From a virus (Duplodnaviria; Caudoviricetes): a stretch of 64,000 nt of DNA. Below the pieces are notes generated by a model. It saw only the letters and a list, made by a program, of their open reading frames with translations, was not told the DNA's origin and searched no databases. The stretch lies in the IMG/VR virus record IMGVR_UViG_3300009873_000001; one strand, 5' to 3'. Made by a program: the position numbers and the translations under genes. Below, piece by piece: positions 1 through 10,097 of the stretch (positions are counted from its first letter, which is position 1; each line of letters opens with the position of its first letter).

Positions 1-173
1 TCGCAGAGGCTCTCGATCTGCAGGTCTGCGAGGCGCTGCGGAAGGAACGAAGCCAGAAGCACGGCAGGAACCCATAATGGCGGTAGAGGACTGGCTGCTC
101 GTGCTCCTGGTCAGTTTCGTGGTCGTAGGGGTTTACCGCACGCTCTTCACATGGGCCAACAGGAGGTAGCGCC

Positions 174-488
174 ATGCCAGGACCGCCCCTGAGGCCCAGC
201 GAGTACTTCGCCGACCCACGCAGGCAGGCCGCCACGCTCTACTCCATGGCGGCCGAGCTGCGTGAGGACGCCAAGCGGAAAATGTCTCTAGCCGCCAGGC
301 TCGAATCCGTGGCCAGAGTGATCGACTCCACGACTGCAGCCGAGGCCAACAAGGAAGAGTCAGGGCGCCTGCCTCGACCGTCGGTCGTGAACCCGCGGCC
401 CAAGCAGAAAAAGGAATCCACTGAACAAGGGCCGCTCCCCAAAGATCCGCTCGATCCGACTGTCGAGCCGCCAGATGCGATCGACTGA
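174..488 (+). CDS. hypothetical protein
   Basis: ATG after AGGAGG RBS; in + strand gene run. Confidence 0.6.
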   Translation: MPGPPLRPSEYFADPRRQAATLYSMAAELREDAKRKMSLAARLESVARVIDSTTAAEANKEESGRLPRPSVVNPRPKQKKESTEQGPLPKDPLDPTVEPPDAID

Positions 489-509
489 GGAACCGGTAAG
501 ATCGAGTAT

Positions 510-1400
510 GTGGCTGACGTCAGGCTTCGCGAGCTGGGTCGACGCGCTCGAGCTGGGGATCAAGAGGCCGCGCTGCGGCTGATCAATGCCTGGGTCCGCA
601 GCGGGCAGTCTGCAGCGCCCATGGCCGCCATGGCCATGCAGCTCTTCGAGCGCGCCTTCGAGGACTGGACCAACCCGAAGATCCAGCCCCAGGGGGACTG
701 GGATCAGCGCGACCACGACGAGCGGCGCCGAGATCGGCACTTTCGTTGGCGCTACTGGCGCCTGGCCATGCACCCGAATTCGATCCCGTTCGAAAACCTC
801 GGTGTCGTCTGGCCGCTCGGCACTGCCCTCACGCCGACCGCCGAACAGCCGGAGTTCCGCGGCTTCACGGAGCGCATGGAGTGCCTCCTGGTGCGGGCCT
901 GGGACTGTGAAAGCTCGAAGCAGCTCGTGGAAGCCGCGGTGTTCGAGGCGCGGCTATTCGACGTAATCAACAGCATTGACCTGCGCGCGGGGCCGTGGTC
1001 TCCAGGCTATGCCACCCCGACATTGAATCGCGGCACGTTCGGGCTTGGAAACTGGCACCACCTGGAATACCGGCTTAGGCAAGCGTTGTCCGAGCGATTT
1101 TATGAATCGCAGGGCCTCGAGCCGCTCAGCGGGTGGGCTTTCGACTCGCCGTTCGAAGTGAGTATAGAACGCGGCGAGCAGGTCGACGTGCAGCACCTGC
1201 CGACCGAACGCGAGGAGTACGGCGCGCTGGTCAGAACCGGGCAACAACAAGCCGTCACGTTCGAGGTCACGCTCAGGATCGCGCACACGCTCGGGCCGGT
1301 CGTGATTCGCACGCCGCGACCAGAGCACCGCGGGCTGGAGAAGGACATTCGCGTACCCAATCCGATCCTGGCCATGCTCGTAGAGTTGGCGGCCAGCTAG
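510..1400 (+). CDS. hypothetical protein with N-terminal module A
   Basis: Starts MADVRLRELGRRARAGDQEAALRL; 296 aa. Confidence 0.8.
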   Translation: MADVRLRELGRRARAGDQEAALRLINAWVRSGQSAAPMAAMAMQLFERAFEDWTNPKIQPQGDWDQRDHDERRRDRHFRWRYWRLAMHPNSIPFENLGVVWPLGTALTPTAEQPEFRGFTERMECLLVRAWDCESSKQLVEAAVFEARLFDVINSIDLRAGPWSPGYATPTLNRGTFGLGNWHHLEYRLRQALSERFYESQGLEPLSGWAFDSPFEVSIERGEQVDVQHLPTEREEYGALVRTGQQQAVTFEVTLRIAHTLGPVVIRTPRPEHRGLEKDIRVPNPILAMLVELAAS

Positions 1401-1546
1401 TCGATCGGATCGATCTCCTCGGCGTCGAGCGTGTCGTAACCCAGCAGGCTGAACAGGAGCTCGGTCGACGGCTCGGCGTACTTGATCCCCGCGTTACGCA
1501 GGGTCCCGAGGAGAAGCAGGATCGATTCCTGGCTATTGGGGCGCAT
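1397..1546 (-). CDS. small hypothetical protein (49 aa)
   Basis: MRPNSQESILLLLGTLRNAG...; AGGAG RBS; stop shares CTAG with the convergent 510..1400 gene. Confidence 0.45.
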   Translation of the reverse strand: MRPNSQESILLLLGTLRNAGIKYAEPSTELLFSLLGYDTLDAEEIDPID

Positions 1547-1826
1547 GCAGCGTACTCCTACCTCTGTGGTAGCCTAGAGTTAGGAACCTGCCACAAAACG
1601 CTATGCCGCTCAGAAGGCCAGCTAGACCGCCAAGACCGCAGCTCGCCGCCAGGCCTCGCCTCCGCAGCTCGACGCCGCAGCGGGCCACGGCTCCGCAGCC
1701 AGCGCCAGACGCTCTGCCGCCACCCACCGAAGGGCAAAGAGAGGCCGGGAAAGCACTGCTGGTGGTAGCAGCCGGGCTGTGGATCTGGTTCGCGCTGGGC
1801 ATGCCAGGAGCGCCCAAGCCGACAAC

Positions 1827-1854
1827 CTGACATTGCGAGTTTTTGTGGTATTCT
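1827..1854 (+). promoter_or_regulatory. sigma70-like promoter, extended -10
   Basis: CTGACA-N16-TATTCT with TG upstream of the -10 (TGGTATTCT); same -10 at 47706. Confidence 0.45.
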
Positions 1855-1874
1855 CCGCCTCGGGGGGCTGCCAG

Positions 1875-2987
1875 TTGTCCAGCAAGCGCGTTCTCGACAG
1901 GATCCTCACCCCGGACGGTTTGGCACTCCTGCCAGACCCCAGCTACGAAGCCGCTCTCCGTCAGGCCGTGCCGGTGATCGCCGACGAGGCCGCGCGCTAC
2001 TACTACGAGGAGAGCGAAGAGGAGAACTGGGATCAGGTCGAGCAGATCCGCAACGTCGCTCCGCCCTACGACCTCATGTGGATCGAGTATCGCGCGCCGA
2101 AGTTCATTCGCTCGAACGTGTATGGCGTGACGCCCTGGAATCCCAGGCAGTACGTGCAGTCCGGCACGCTGTTCACCTACTCGGAGCCTGACGCCTTTCC
2201 GCCGCAGTTCATACAAGACTTCTCCCCTGACGCGCGCTGGATCGCCCAGGCGGATATCTTTCGCGTGTATCCGCCCGGGTGCGGCCCGCTGTCCGTGTTG
2301 GGAGACCCGGGGATCGACACCGAGCTACCGATCCTGGAGTGGTCGCTGTTCTACGCAGTCGGCCAGGACGGAAAGTTACTAGAGCAGACAGGCCCGCCAG
2401 CCCCGCCGATTCCAGGCCAGCCTGAGCTGCCGCAGTTCGCCGGCAAGCAAGGCGTCTTTCGCTCCGTTCCGCCCAAGCTGATCCGCGACATGTTCGGCTT
2501 CGACAACGAGTCGCTCTGGCGTGACCAGGAGGCGCGCGACAACTTCCTCATGATGGCCGGGAATCACATACCAGACTTGAACGTAGGCCTGCTCGCGCTA
2601 TACCTCATGCACAGCCGCGGGGCTCAACTCAAGACGCAGCACGTTCCAGAAGCTGTGCGCAGGAAGCGCGAGCGGCGCGGCAAGGCCGCGGGCGTCGTCT
2701 ACAAGGTGCTCGATATCGGCCTGCCCATGAGGCAGCCCCTCAAGGAAGCCAAGCGCGAAGGGCAGGGGCTCGAGCACGCGCTGCGCACGCACCTGCGTCG
2801 CGGCAACTTCGCCGTCTACACGCCCGAGAAGCCGCACGTCAGCGGCTACGTGGGCAGCATGTGGCGTCGCCCGACGGTCGTGGGCGCCGGGCCTGGCCGC
2901 GTAGAGAAGGTCTATCGGTCCAAGACGCCAGCCGAGATCCTCGAAGAGGCCGCTAGGCGCAGGCAGGAGCGGCGGCAGCGGTCCTGA
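1875..2987 (+). CDS. phage hypothetical protein, HxRRG-motif type
   Basis: Long ORF, probable TTG start; C-terminal THLRRGNFAVY...MWRRPTVVG resembles a common phage motif. Confidence 0.75.
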   Translation: MSSKRVLDRILTPDGLALLPDPSYEAALRQAVPVIADEAARYYYEESEEENWDQVEQIRNVAPPYDLMWIEYRAPKFIRSNVYGVTPWNPRQYVQSGTLFTYSEPDAFPPQFIQDFSPDARWIAQADIFRVYPPGCGPLSVLGDPGIDTELPILEWSLFYAVGQDGKLLEQTGPPAPPIPGQPELPQFAGKQGVFRSVPPKLIRDMFGFDNESLWRDQEARDNFLMMAGNHIPDLNVGLLALYLMHSRGAQLKTQHVPEAVRRKRERRGKAAGVVYKVLDIGLPMRQPLKEAKREGQGLEHALRTHLRRGNFAVYTPEKPHVSGYVGSMWRRPTVVGAGPGRVEKVYRSKTPAEILEEAARRRQERRQRS

Positions 2988-3037
2988 TTTTTTGTCCGCT
3001 CCACCGGCTCGTTCGTCTTGGTTGGTGGAGGTGCGCT

Positions 3038-3301
3038 ATGAACTGCGCTGAGGCCGCCGCCCTGGGCGATCTGGCCATGCTCGACCACGCCAAGTCGTGC
3101 ATTGCCTGCAAAGGCGTTCTCTATCGCGCCGGCAAGTGGAAGGCCGGCTGCCAAGATCAGGCTCTTGGCCAGCGGGCGAGCCAGAGCCTCGACGAACTCG
3201 GATCACACCCGGAACTGCTAGCGCACGTCGAATCGTGCGCAGCGTGCGCTGCGGAGGTCGACGACTTCCGGGCATTCTGCAGTGATTGGCGCAGCGCGTA
3301 G
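3038..3301 (+). CDS. Cys/His-rich protein with two HxxSCxxC motifs (anti-sigma zinc-finger-like)
   Basis: HAKSCIAC and HVESCAAC; GGAGG RBS. Confidence 0.6.
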   Translation: MNCAEAAALGDLAMLDHAKSCIACKGVLYRAGKWKAGCQDQALGQRASQSLDELGSHPELLAHVESCAACAAEVDDFRAFCSDWRSA

Positions 3302-3416
3302 ATTTTGACCATATCCCCGCAAACGTCCTAGTTTTGAGCATTTGGCAACACGACAGGATTCCGCTGGACTGCGGTCGCGGTGTCCGTGTAGAACAACGCC
3401 GCGAAAGAGGACGCTC

Positions 3417-3956
3417 ATGGCCGCCAGGGACAAGACAAAAACGACCGGCTACAAAATCCAGCACGCCTTGCGCGAGCTGGCCCACCGGCGCGATATCGTC
3501 GAGAACCAGTTCCGCACCAACCTCGAAGCGTTCCCAGACGAGCAGAAGAAGAACCCGACCAACCTCGATCAGCAGCTGCTCAAGATCGAGCGGGTCACCG
3601 CCGGCCTGCAGGTCTTGCAGGCGCGCTACAACCTGGCCGTCCCCTGCAAGGTGGCTGGGTTCGAGGCGGCGCTGACGCTCCACGACTGCGTGAAGCTCGT
3701 GGGTGCGTATGGTCGCGCCGAGAAGCGCTGGCGCACCGCCGCCAAGGAGAAGGAGTCCTCCGGCTACTACGGCTCCGAGAAGACCCGCGACCGTGACGCG
3801 CTGGTCAGCTCCAGGACCGTGCCGATCGACACCGCCGTCGAGATGGCCACCACCTACGGACGCCGCGCCAACGCGCTGCGGGAAGCGATCCAGACTGGAA
3901 ACACAACGGAGCTTGAGTTCGAAGGGGTCTCCGACCTCTTCGAGTTCGTCTCCTAG
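3417..3956 (+). CDS. coiled-coil protein, DIP1984/DUF6847-like
   Basis: GAGG RBS; helical pattern ending ...LREAIQTGNTTELEF; family call by resemblance only. Confidence 0.6.
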   Translation: MAARDKTKTTGYKIQHALRELAHRRDIVENQFRTNLEAFPDEQKKNPTNLDQQLLKIERVTAGLQVLQARYNLAVPCKVAGFEAALTLHDCVKLVGAYGRAEKRWRTAAKEKESSGYYGSEKTRDRDALVSSRTVPIDTAVEMATTYGRRANALREAIQTGNTTELEFEGVSDLFEFVS

Positions 3957-4140
3957 GTGGAGAGGGCGTTCAACTTGGAGCGGTTCGCGCCGCAACTCGT
4001 ATACGCGGAACGGACGTGTCTTCGGCTGCTGCGTGACAAGCGGGGTTTTGCGACGGGTCACTCCGACGCGCTTCCGTGACTGCCTCAACCCGAGATCCAT
4101 ATCCGTTCGAGCGTCTTCCTCTGTTCTGCTCCTCTCCACC
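3956..4140 (+). ncRNA. putative structured RNA (185 nt) downstream of the coiled-coil gene
   Basis: GGTGGAGAGG (3956-3965) pairs perfectly with CCTCTCCACC (4131-4140); inner AACGGACGTG/CATATCCGTT and GTGAC/GTCAC helices. Confidence 0.5.
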
Positions 4141-4157
4141 GCCTACACTTTCCCCTG

Positions 4158-4200
4158 CCGAGGCCCGGACGCAGCAGTAGCTCCGGGCCTCGGTCTTTTT
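4158..4200 (+). terminator. Rho-independent terminator
   Basis: 12-bp stem CCGAGGCCCGGA/TCCGGGCCTCGG followed by TCTTTTT. Confidence 0.8.
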
Positions 4201-4243
4201 GGTTGAATCATGCCTGGCGCTCGCGTAGCATGGGCGGGCCTTC

Positions 4244-4684
4244 GGGGACGAATTGGTATCGACTGAAAGGAGGAAGGAGATCGGTGCGCGCCGAGGTTGA
4301 TCGGTGGGACTCGCTAAAAGCCGATCAGATTCCATCTGCCAACGTCAACAACGTCAGCACCCCCGACTGGCTGAGCGACGAGTCGCTCGCGTCCTTCATG
4401 GACGCGGTCGAGTCCGAGCAGCTGGTCGCCGCGATCTAGTAGCAGCTAGATCGGCGAGTCCTGTGGAGCCTCCCGCCTCAGAGGCAAAGCAGGGCTGGGT
4501 CAGCAAATGAGGCTGGGTCGAAAGTCAGGCGACTGGACTGAGACCGAGATCATGTGACCGCTGGAGGCCGGATCTGGCGTTGAGCCCAGGCCGGCTTCGA
4601 GAGCCGCAAGGCAGCGCTCGACTACGCGCGTAGAGCCGCTTCTGAAACCTTGACAGGACCCGGGTTCGAACCCCGGCGTCTCCA
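4244..4684 (+). ncRNA. ssrA: tmRNA
   Basis: 5' GGGGACGAATTGGTATCGAC; 3' GACCCGGGTTCGAACCCCGGCGTCTCCA; acceptor stem with G3.U wobble and A discriminator; tag frame 4338-4439 (ANVNN...QLVAAI*) with stop in a hairpin. Confidence 0.93.
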
Positions 4685-4700
4685 TTCGCCCGACCGGCAG

Positions 4701-4735
4701 GCAGCAGCGAGCTTCACGGCTCGCTGTTGTCGTTT
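4701..4735 (+). terminator. hairpin after tmRNA (terminator or processing signal)
   Basis: GCAGCAGCGAGC/GCTCGCTGTTGT stem followed by CGTTT. Confidence 0.5.
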
Positions 4736-4765
4736 GCGGCCGGCCACTGTTTGCGGCCGGCCACT
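4732..4765. repeat. 17-bp tandem duplication
   Basis: GTTTGCGGCCGGCCACT twice, exact. Confidence 0.85.
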
Positions 4766-4788
4766 GCCTGCCCTGTGATACTAGAGGC

Positions 4789-6309
4789 ATGCCTGGCCCA
4801 ATGTTTGAGTTCTTCCCGTTCTCTGGCGCGACGCCCGGTCCGACTGGCCCCACAGGCTCAGCTGGCTCTTCCGGCCCTACAGGACCAGCAGGCGGGCCGA
4901 CTGGCCCAGCAGGGCCAGCTGGACCGACCGGGCCAGCTGGCGGCCCGACCGGAGCCACCGGCGCTTCAGGAACGCCTGGACCGACAGGTCCGCCGGGCGG
5001 CCCGACAGGCCCGGCAGGCCCGACGGGACCCCCTGGAGCGGACGGCGCACAGGGGCCTGCCGGACCCGCTGGCCCTTCAGGCACAGACGGGCAGACTGGT
5101 TCAACTGGCGCCACGGGCTCTGTAGGGCCAGCTCTGGCTTCGCGCAGAACCTTCTCGCCTACACGCCTCGTGGCCGAGGGTGCCTCCATTCCAGCCACGC
5201 CTAGCTCCGTGCTCAACCTGGCCGACCTGAGCAACCGCGACCCGTGGGTCAATCTCGACGAGGTCTATTCCCTGTCGCGATTCGATCTGGTCGTAGCCAC
5301 CGAAGAAGGCTCGGTCACTCGCTATCCAGGTCTGAGCTTCGCCTCTCGAGTTGCTCTTCTGGCTTGGCTGAACGCAAACGTCCCCTCTGACGGCAGCGCC
5401 TTCCTGGCCTCGGCGACCATGACGGCCTGGGACGAAGTCGACCAGTCCATGCCGCCAGTCACCAAGGTGTGGGGCAAGAACGGCGCGCTGTCTCGCCTCA
5501 GAAAGAACGACTTCTACAAGAGCCCCAGCCGCGGTTATGTCGAGCTAAACTCCTGGCCTGATCTCGACGTCTTCCTTGCCGCGGCCTGGGAGGCGGTCTG
5601 GCCCGGCGACCCGCTGCCCTCTCCGCTCACGCCTGACGTCCGAGCTGCGTTCTGGTGGGCCAAGAACCGCCGGAACCTGTACGAGATCGAGAAGAGCTTC
5701 GGAATTCAACCGTCTTTCGGCAGAACGTCCCGCGCTGGTGCCGGCGGTCCGTTCGGACCTACCGGCACAGGTTTCAGCTGGGCCTATCAGTCGAGTGGAG
5801 ATCCGGCATACGGGATCGTCGATTCTTCCGGCGGCGGGTTTGTACAGGTTCTTCCGCTATCTCAGTTCAGGAGAGACAACCGAAAGATCTCTGACGCCGG
5901 CCGCAGCGCGGTGTTTCTGGCGCCCATTCAAGGCGGCGTGAACGAACGCGCGGTGTGGATCAAGCCGGTGGGGATCGACCAGATTTACCTCTCGTGGTTC
6001 GACCCGACGCTCTATCGAGCAGAGGCCATTGTCACGCCCAACATAGACGGCAAGCGCGAAGCGCGCGTCCTCACAGCCTCTCGTTCGCCGTCCGTGGTTC
6101 GGGACGCCTCCGGCGCCTTCACCAAGGATCAGTGGTATCGGGGCCAGCAAATTTCTGTTTCGCAGGGCGGGCACCGCCACGGGCCTGGGCGCTGCCACTT
6201 CTACCTGCGCGAGCTGGCCACGGGCAAGGTGAGCGAGCTCAGCACGGCCAGGGTCGAGTACCTCGACGACCGAACCCTGTCCGCCGGTATGGCACGCGTG
6301 GTAAGCTAA
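4789..6309 (+). CDS. collagen-like (Gly-X-Y) protein, possible fibre or surface protein
   Basis: About 100 aa of GPT/GPA repeats followed by a ~390-aa globular region. Confidence 0.85.
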   Translation: MPGPMFEFFPFSGATPGPTGPTGSAGSSGPTGPAGGPTGPAGPAGPTGPAGGPTGATGASGTPGPTGPPGGPTGPAGPTGPPGADGAQGPAGPAGPSGTDGQTGSTGATGSVGPALASRRTFSPTRLVAEGASIPATPSSVLNLADLSNRDPWVNLDEVYSLSRFDLVVATEEGSVTRYPGLSFASRVALLAWLNANVPSDGSAFLASATMTAWDEVDQSMPPVTKVWGKNGALSRLRKNDFYKSPSRGYVELNSWPDLDVFLAAAWEAVWPGDPLPSPLTPDVRAAFWWAKNRRNLYEIEKSFGIQPSFGRTSRAGAGGPFGPTGTGFSWAYQSSGDPAYGIVDSSGGGFVQVLPLSQFRRDNRKISDAGRSAVFLAPIQGGVNERAVWIKPVGIDQIYLSWFDPTLYRAEAIVTPNIDGKREARVLTASRSPSVVRDASGAFTKDQWYRGQQISVSQGGHRHGPGRCHFYLRELATGKVSELSTARVEYLDDRTLSAGMARVVS

Positions 6310-6397
6310 AGAATCAGGTGGGTGACACTCCAGGACTCCACGCTCAGGTGAAGTCCATACTAGATCGCCTTTCCCCAGGCGGCGATCACTCTAGTTA

Positions 6398-6450
6398 CCC
6401 CAAAAAACGAAGAACGACGGCCGAAAGGTCGTCGTTCTTCGTTTTTGGGG
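6398..6450. terminator. bidirectional terminator between convergent gene blocks
   Basis: CCCCAAAAAACGAAGAACGACGGCC-GAAA-GGTCGTCGTTCTTCGTTTTTGGGG. Confidence 0.85.
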
Positions 6451-7128
6451 TTAACTTTCAGATGACGCCGGCCAATGCTCAGGACAGAACGTCCTCGTCA
6501 CCACGCCCGGCGCCGCTCTCGCCACAATCACGTCCCTCTCTTCAACGAACCGCCCTATCCGCGGAACTGCGTCGAGCACGCTGGGGTCGTGTCCAGCTTC
6601 GCGAATGGCGTCCGTTGCAGCAGCGCGAATCAGCGAGAAGACCTCCGGTCCAGAGTCGCGAGCCAGCTTCGGATTACGGCTCGCGAGGCAGCTCTGGCAG
6701 AGGCGGCTGTGCGGATAGCCTACCGCCATGAACCTGAGCAAGCGGACCGGCGAAGCCGGGAGCGGCGCCTCCCGGCCGCAGAGCGTGCCGAACACCGGAA
6801 TCGTCGGCGGGCTGGCGATTGGATCAGTTGCTTGAGCCACTACGCCAGCCACGAGGTGCCACGGGCCAGGCCAGGCCACCTGTAACGCCATACCCTGCTC
6901 GGGAGCCGCCTGAGCATAGCCCACGTCCTCGTCGACGCGGTCTACGAACCCGCCTAGGCAGCGCGGGCAGGCCGAGAGCTTCCACACGTCGCCGAGCATG
7001 GTGAGCCGCATGCCCGTGGCGGCCCGACGCCCGCTCGGCAGGCGCTTCTGGCAACCGCCCACGCAGCCGACCACTTGCAGCCCGGCCAATCTCGCGACGC
7101 GCCTGGCGCGCTCAAGGTCCATGTCCAT
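6451..7128 (-). CDS. Cys-rich protein with module-B-like N-terminus
   Basis: MDMDLERARRVARLAGLQVV; several CxxC motifs. Confidence 0.6.
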   Translation of the reverse strand: MDMDLERARRVARLAGLQVVGCVGGCQKRLPSGRRAATGMRLTMLGDVWKLSACPRCLGGFVDRVDEDVGYAQAAPEQGMALQVAWPGPWHLVAGVVAQATDPIASPPTIPVFGTLCGREAPLPASPVRLLRFMAVGYPHSRLCQSCLASRNPKLARDSGPEVFSLIRAAATDAIREAGHDPSVLDAVPRIGRFVEERDVIVARAAPGVVTRTFCPEHWPASSES

Positions 7129-8319
7129 GGCTAAGCCGGGCGCCCGTTCAGTTGTGCCAAGGCCGGCTTGAGTAGCGTCAGGGCCTCTTCGTAGCGACCG
7201 GACATGACCATGTCGGCCGCGGCACTGTGAACCTGCACGAGAGCGCGCAGAGCCTCGTCGCGGAGTTTGTTCTCCTGACCTGAGCACCACACGCTACCAC
7301 CGGCCTGCGTGCGGTGTCTGCGTCGCGGGTTCAGCGCGCGCCGACAACCAGGGCACTGCAGCTTCTTGAGCACCCTGAACGCCAGCCGGCTAAGATCGAG
7401 CCACTGCCGGCTCACGGAGGCGCCTGCCCCGCCTTGAGAGCCTTGGCGCAACGCGCAAAATGAGCCGACCAGGCCAAGCACAGCACGGCTAGAACCAACA
7501 ACATGAGCGAATGAGCGCTGGAGCGAATGCCGTCTGAGACAACCAAGAGACCCGACCCCAACGAAAAGGCCAATCCGGCTGTATTGAGGTGCTGCGCCCT
7601 GAAGAGCGCTCGCGCCCTAGCTGCGGGAAAAGGCACGCTCCTTGAGCTGGTGTCTGGCAACTTCAATCAGACGCTCCCTGGCTCGCCGCACGTCGAGCTC
7701 GCTCACATTGCCTTCCGCGTCCTGATAAAAACTCTCGCGCGGAACCGCCTCATGATAGCCGGCTTCTCGGACAGAAAGCCCGAGTCCAAGCCGCGGCGAC
7801 CATGTGACCTGGGCTCGCATGCCGTGGATCGTGAGCGACTGATCTTCCCAGGTAGAAGCGCTTTGCCCGCGGAGCTTCATTGCAGTGCGTCTCCAACTTC
7901 ACCATACCAGTCACTTGCAGGAGCGTCCCGAACACTCCGGGCAAGGCGGCAGTGCCTGGTCGAACGTCACGCGCCGATCGCCAGAGATAAAGCGGTTGAA
8001 CAGATCGAGCTGAACAGCCCTGCCGTGACCGAGGCAGACCGGGCACACCTCCCCGGCTCGCCGCCGCTCCGTCAGCAAGCGCTGAGGATCGCTGGCGGCG
8101 TTGCGTGCCGCGGCTCTCAGCCTCGCGTCCACTAGCGTCGCCCTGGCGGCGGCGGCGGTTCTCTGTAGCAGCTGTCGCAGCGAACCTCGCCGGGCCATGT
8201 GCCATGAGTCAGCGGGCGGAAGTTGCATCCGTTGCTCTGGCAGTGCTCGAGGCGGACCTCGATCGCCTTGAGCAAGAAGTCGAGCTTGATCTTCTTCCTG
8301 ACCGCCTCGTCGATCTCGT

Positions 8320-8574
8320 TCACTCTCCTTCGGTCCCTTCCTCGTTCTTGACCCGCTGATCGGGTGCGCAATAGACCCATTGGCCACCGTCCACCTGCGC
8401 CTCCACGTCATAGTAGAGGTGAGCTCGGACGTTGAATACGGCCTGGCAGTGGCCGCATTCGTAGTTGTCCACGGCCACGTCTATACCGCGCTCGGCCTCC
8501 TCGAATTCGAGCGACTTCTTGCAGCTCGGGCAGAGAAACTCGAGGTCCACGACGGGGCACTTGAGTCTGATCAT
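8320..8574 (-). CDS. zinc-ribbon protein
   Basis: CPSC...CGHC. Confidence 0.65.
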   Translation of the reverse strand: MIRLKCPVVDLEFLCPSCKKSLEFEEAERGIDVAVDNYECGHCQAVFNVRAHLYYDVEAQVDGGQWVYCAPDQRVKNEEGTEGE

Positions 8575-8846
8575 TTCCGACCACCTAAGAAAGGCCGCGC
8601 CGCCCAGGCGAGTCGCTCTTGTTCGTCACATGCCACACATGAGACAAAAGAACTCCTCGCCTGGACGGTGAGCGGTTCGACTTTTCGGGTGCTAGACCTT
8701 ACTTTCCGCAGCTCGTCCTAGAAACAGACGAGGACTGGCCAGTTCCAGGTCTGTTGCATCGGACGAGCCGCGGTGCCGACAAGGCAGTCGAGTCCTTCTG
8801 TGTCGACCCAGATTGCAGAACTCGACCATGAGCTTCCTCCCGCCGG

Positions 8847-10091
8847 TTACCCGACGATCGGTTGCCCCGTTAGTGGATTAGTGGCTATTGGCCCAACAAC
8901 AGGCATGTATGGCCCTGACCCAGGCCCATAGAACAGCCCGAGCGGGCTAGTCGCCGAAGACGTAGACATCAGCTTCATTTGCACGTTCCATTGCGAAGCG
9001 GTGGGCGTGGTGACGGACGTGTTGCCTAGCTCGACCCAGTCCTCCAACACGCTCTGTCCCCACGCGGCCTGCAGTTCTTGCATGCCGGCCAGCTGCGCTG
9101 GCGCGCCCGGCGTAGGCAGCGGCACGACCTTCATGCCAGTACTACTGCCAGTGGCAGGTAGCCAGAACTGCGCGGTCGTGTTGCTGGCCTGCTGTAGATA
9201 GTCGCTCACGCCCTGCAAGGACGGCTTCTTTGCGCGCTCCTTCTTTCGCTCGATCCAGCGCTTGCTCTGGTGGTGCCAGAGCCAGATCGTGGTCAGTGCG
9301 GCCAGCACGAACTCCTCGAGCTTGGCGAGCGCCTGTCTGGGCTTGCCGTCGGCGACGAAACCAGACTCCCAGTACTTCGGAATGTATTCGATCGCCAGGG
9401 CCTTGCCGCGCGACCCGGAGTGGCGCGGGTAGAGCTGCTTCTCGCGCATGTAGTCCGAGGCGCTGAGCATGAGGAGCTGCGGCGCCGGCTGCACGACCTT
9501 CGAGACCGCGCGGTGAATGCTGCCCGCAAAGCCGGTGTCGAACATGAGCGCCTTGCTCCAGTCCGGCACCGGCCAGTTCTTGACCTGGGCTGAGAGCGCC
9601 TTTTCGTTTCCAGCCACCGCGCGACTGACCACTGGATCGAAGACGGTCGTGAGCCGCCTACGCCTCGCCAGAACCTCCCACGCCCACACGTCGCGGCCTG
9701 GCAGGACGAGCATGTCGGCCTCGGCTCGCTCGGAGCGGCGCCGCAGCGATCTGAGGCTGTTCCTGACGATCGAGTGAAGAACCTCAGACCCCTTCGCGTT
9801 GTACTGCGCGCCTAACTCACGCGTCCTGTCGCCAAGGACCAGCTCGCCGTCGAGCGTCTTGCAGATCGCGAGCGCCCTTTCACGAATCGGACTCTTCTTC
9901 GAGAGCACCGACGTCAGCGTGGCGTAGATCAGCGCGGCTTCTTCGTGCTGACAGCAGCTCGCCGGTCGCGTGATTCCGTCGAACGGACGCAGGTCGCCCA
10001 CATAGACCGGGCTGTCCTTGTCCGCGGCGCGCGCCAAGGTCCGAATGCCGGGAATGCAGAAATCCCGAACGTGGCGTCGGAGCCAGCTCAC
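8847..10091 (-). CDS. putative phosphoribosyltransferase-like protein
   Basis: LPGRD...VSR...MFDTGFAGSI resembles the ARDG/SR/DxGxxGS PRTase-like signature. Confidence 0.55.
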   Translation of the reverse strand: MSWLRRHVRDFCIPGIRTLARAADKDSPVYVGDLRPFDGITRPASCCQHEEAALIYATLTSVLSKKSPIRERALAICKTLDGELVLGDRTRELGAQYNAKGSEVLHSIVRNSLRSLRRRSERAEADMLVLPGRDVWAWEVLARRRRLTTVFDPVVSRAVAGNEKALSAQVKNWPVPDWSKALMFDTGFAGSIHRAVSKVVQPAPQLLMLSASDYMREKQLYPRHSGSRGKALAIEYIPKYWESGFVADGKPRQALAKLEEFVLAALTTIWLWHHQSKRWIERKKERAKKPSLQGVSDYLQQASNTTAQFWLPATGSSTGMKVVPLPTPGAPAQLAGMQELQAAWGQSVLEDWVELGNTSVTTPTASQWNVQMKLMSTSSATSPLGLFYGPGSGPYMPVVGPIATNPLTGQPIVG

Positions 10092-10097
10092 GTATCG

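Noticed and set aside
4203-4439. 78-aa ORF
   Set aside because: Lies inside the tmRNA; only its 3' part is the tag reading frame.
4500-5252. Minus-strand Gly-Pro repeat ORF
   Set aside because: Antisense shadow of the collagen repeats; also overlaps the tmRNA.
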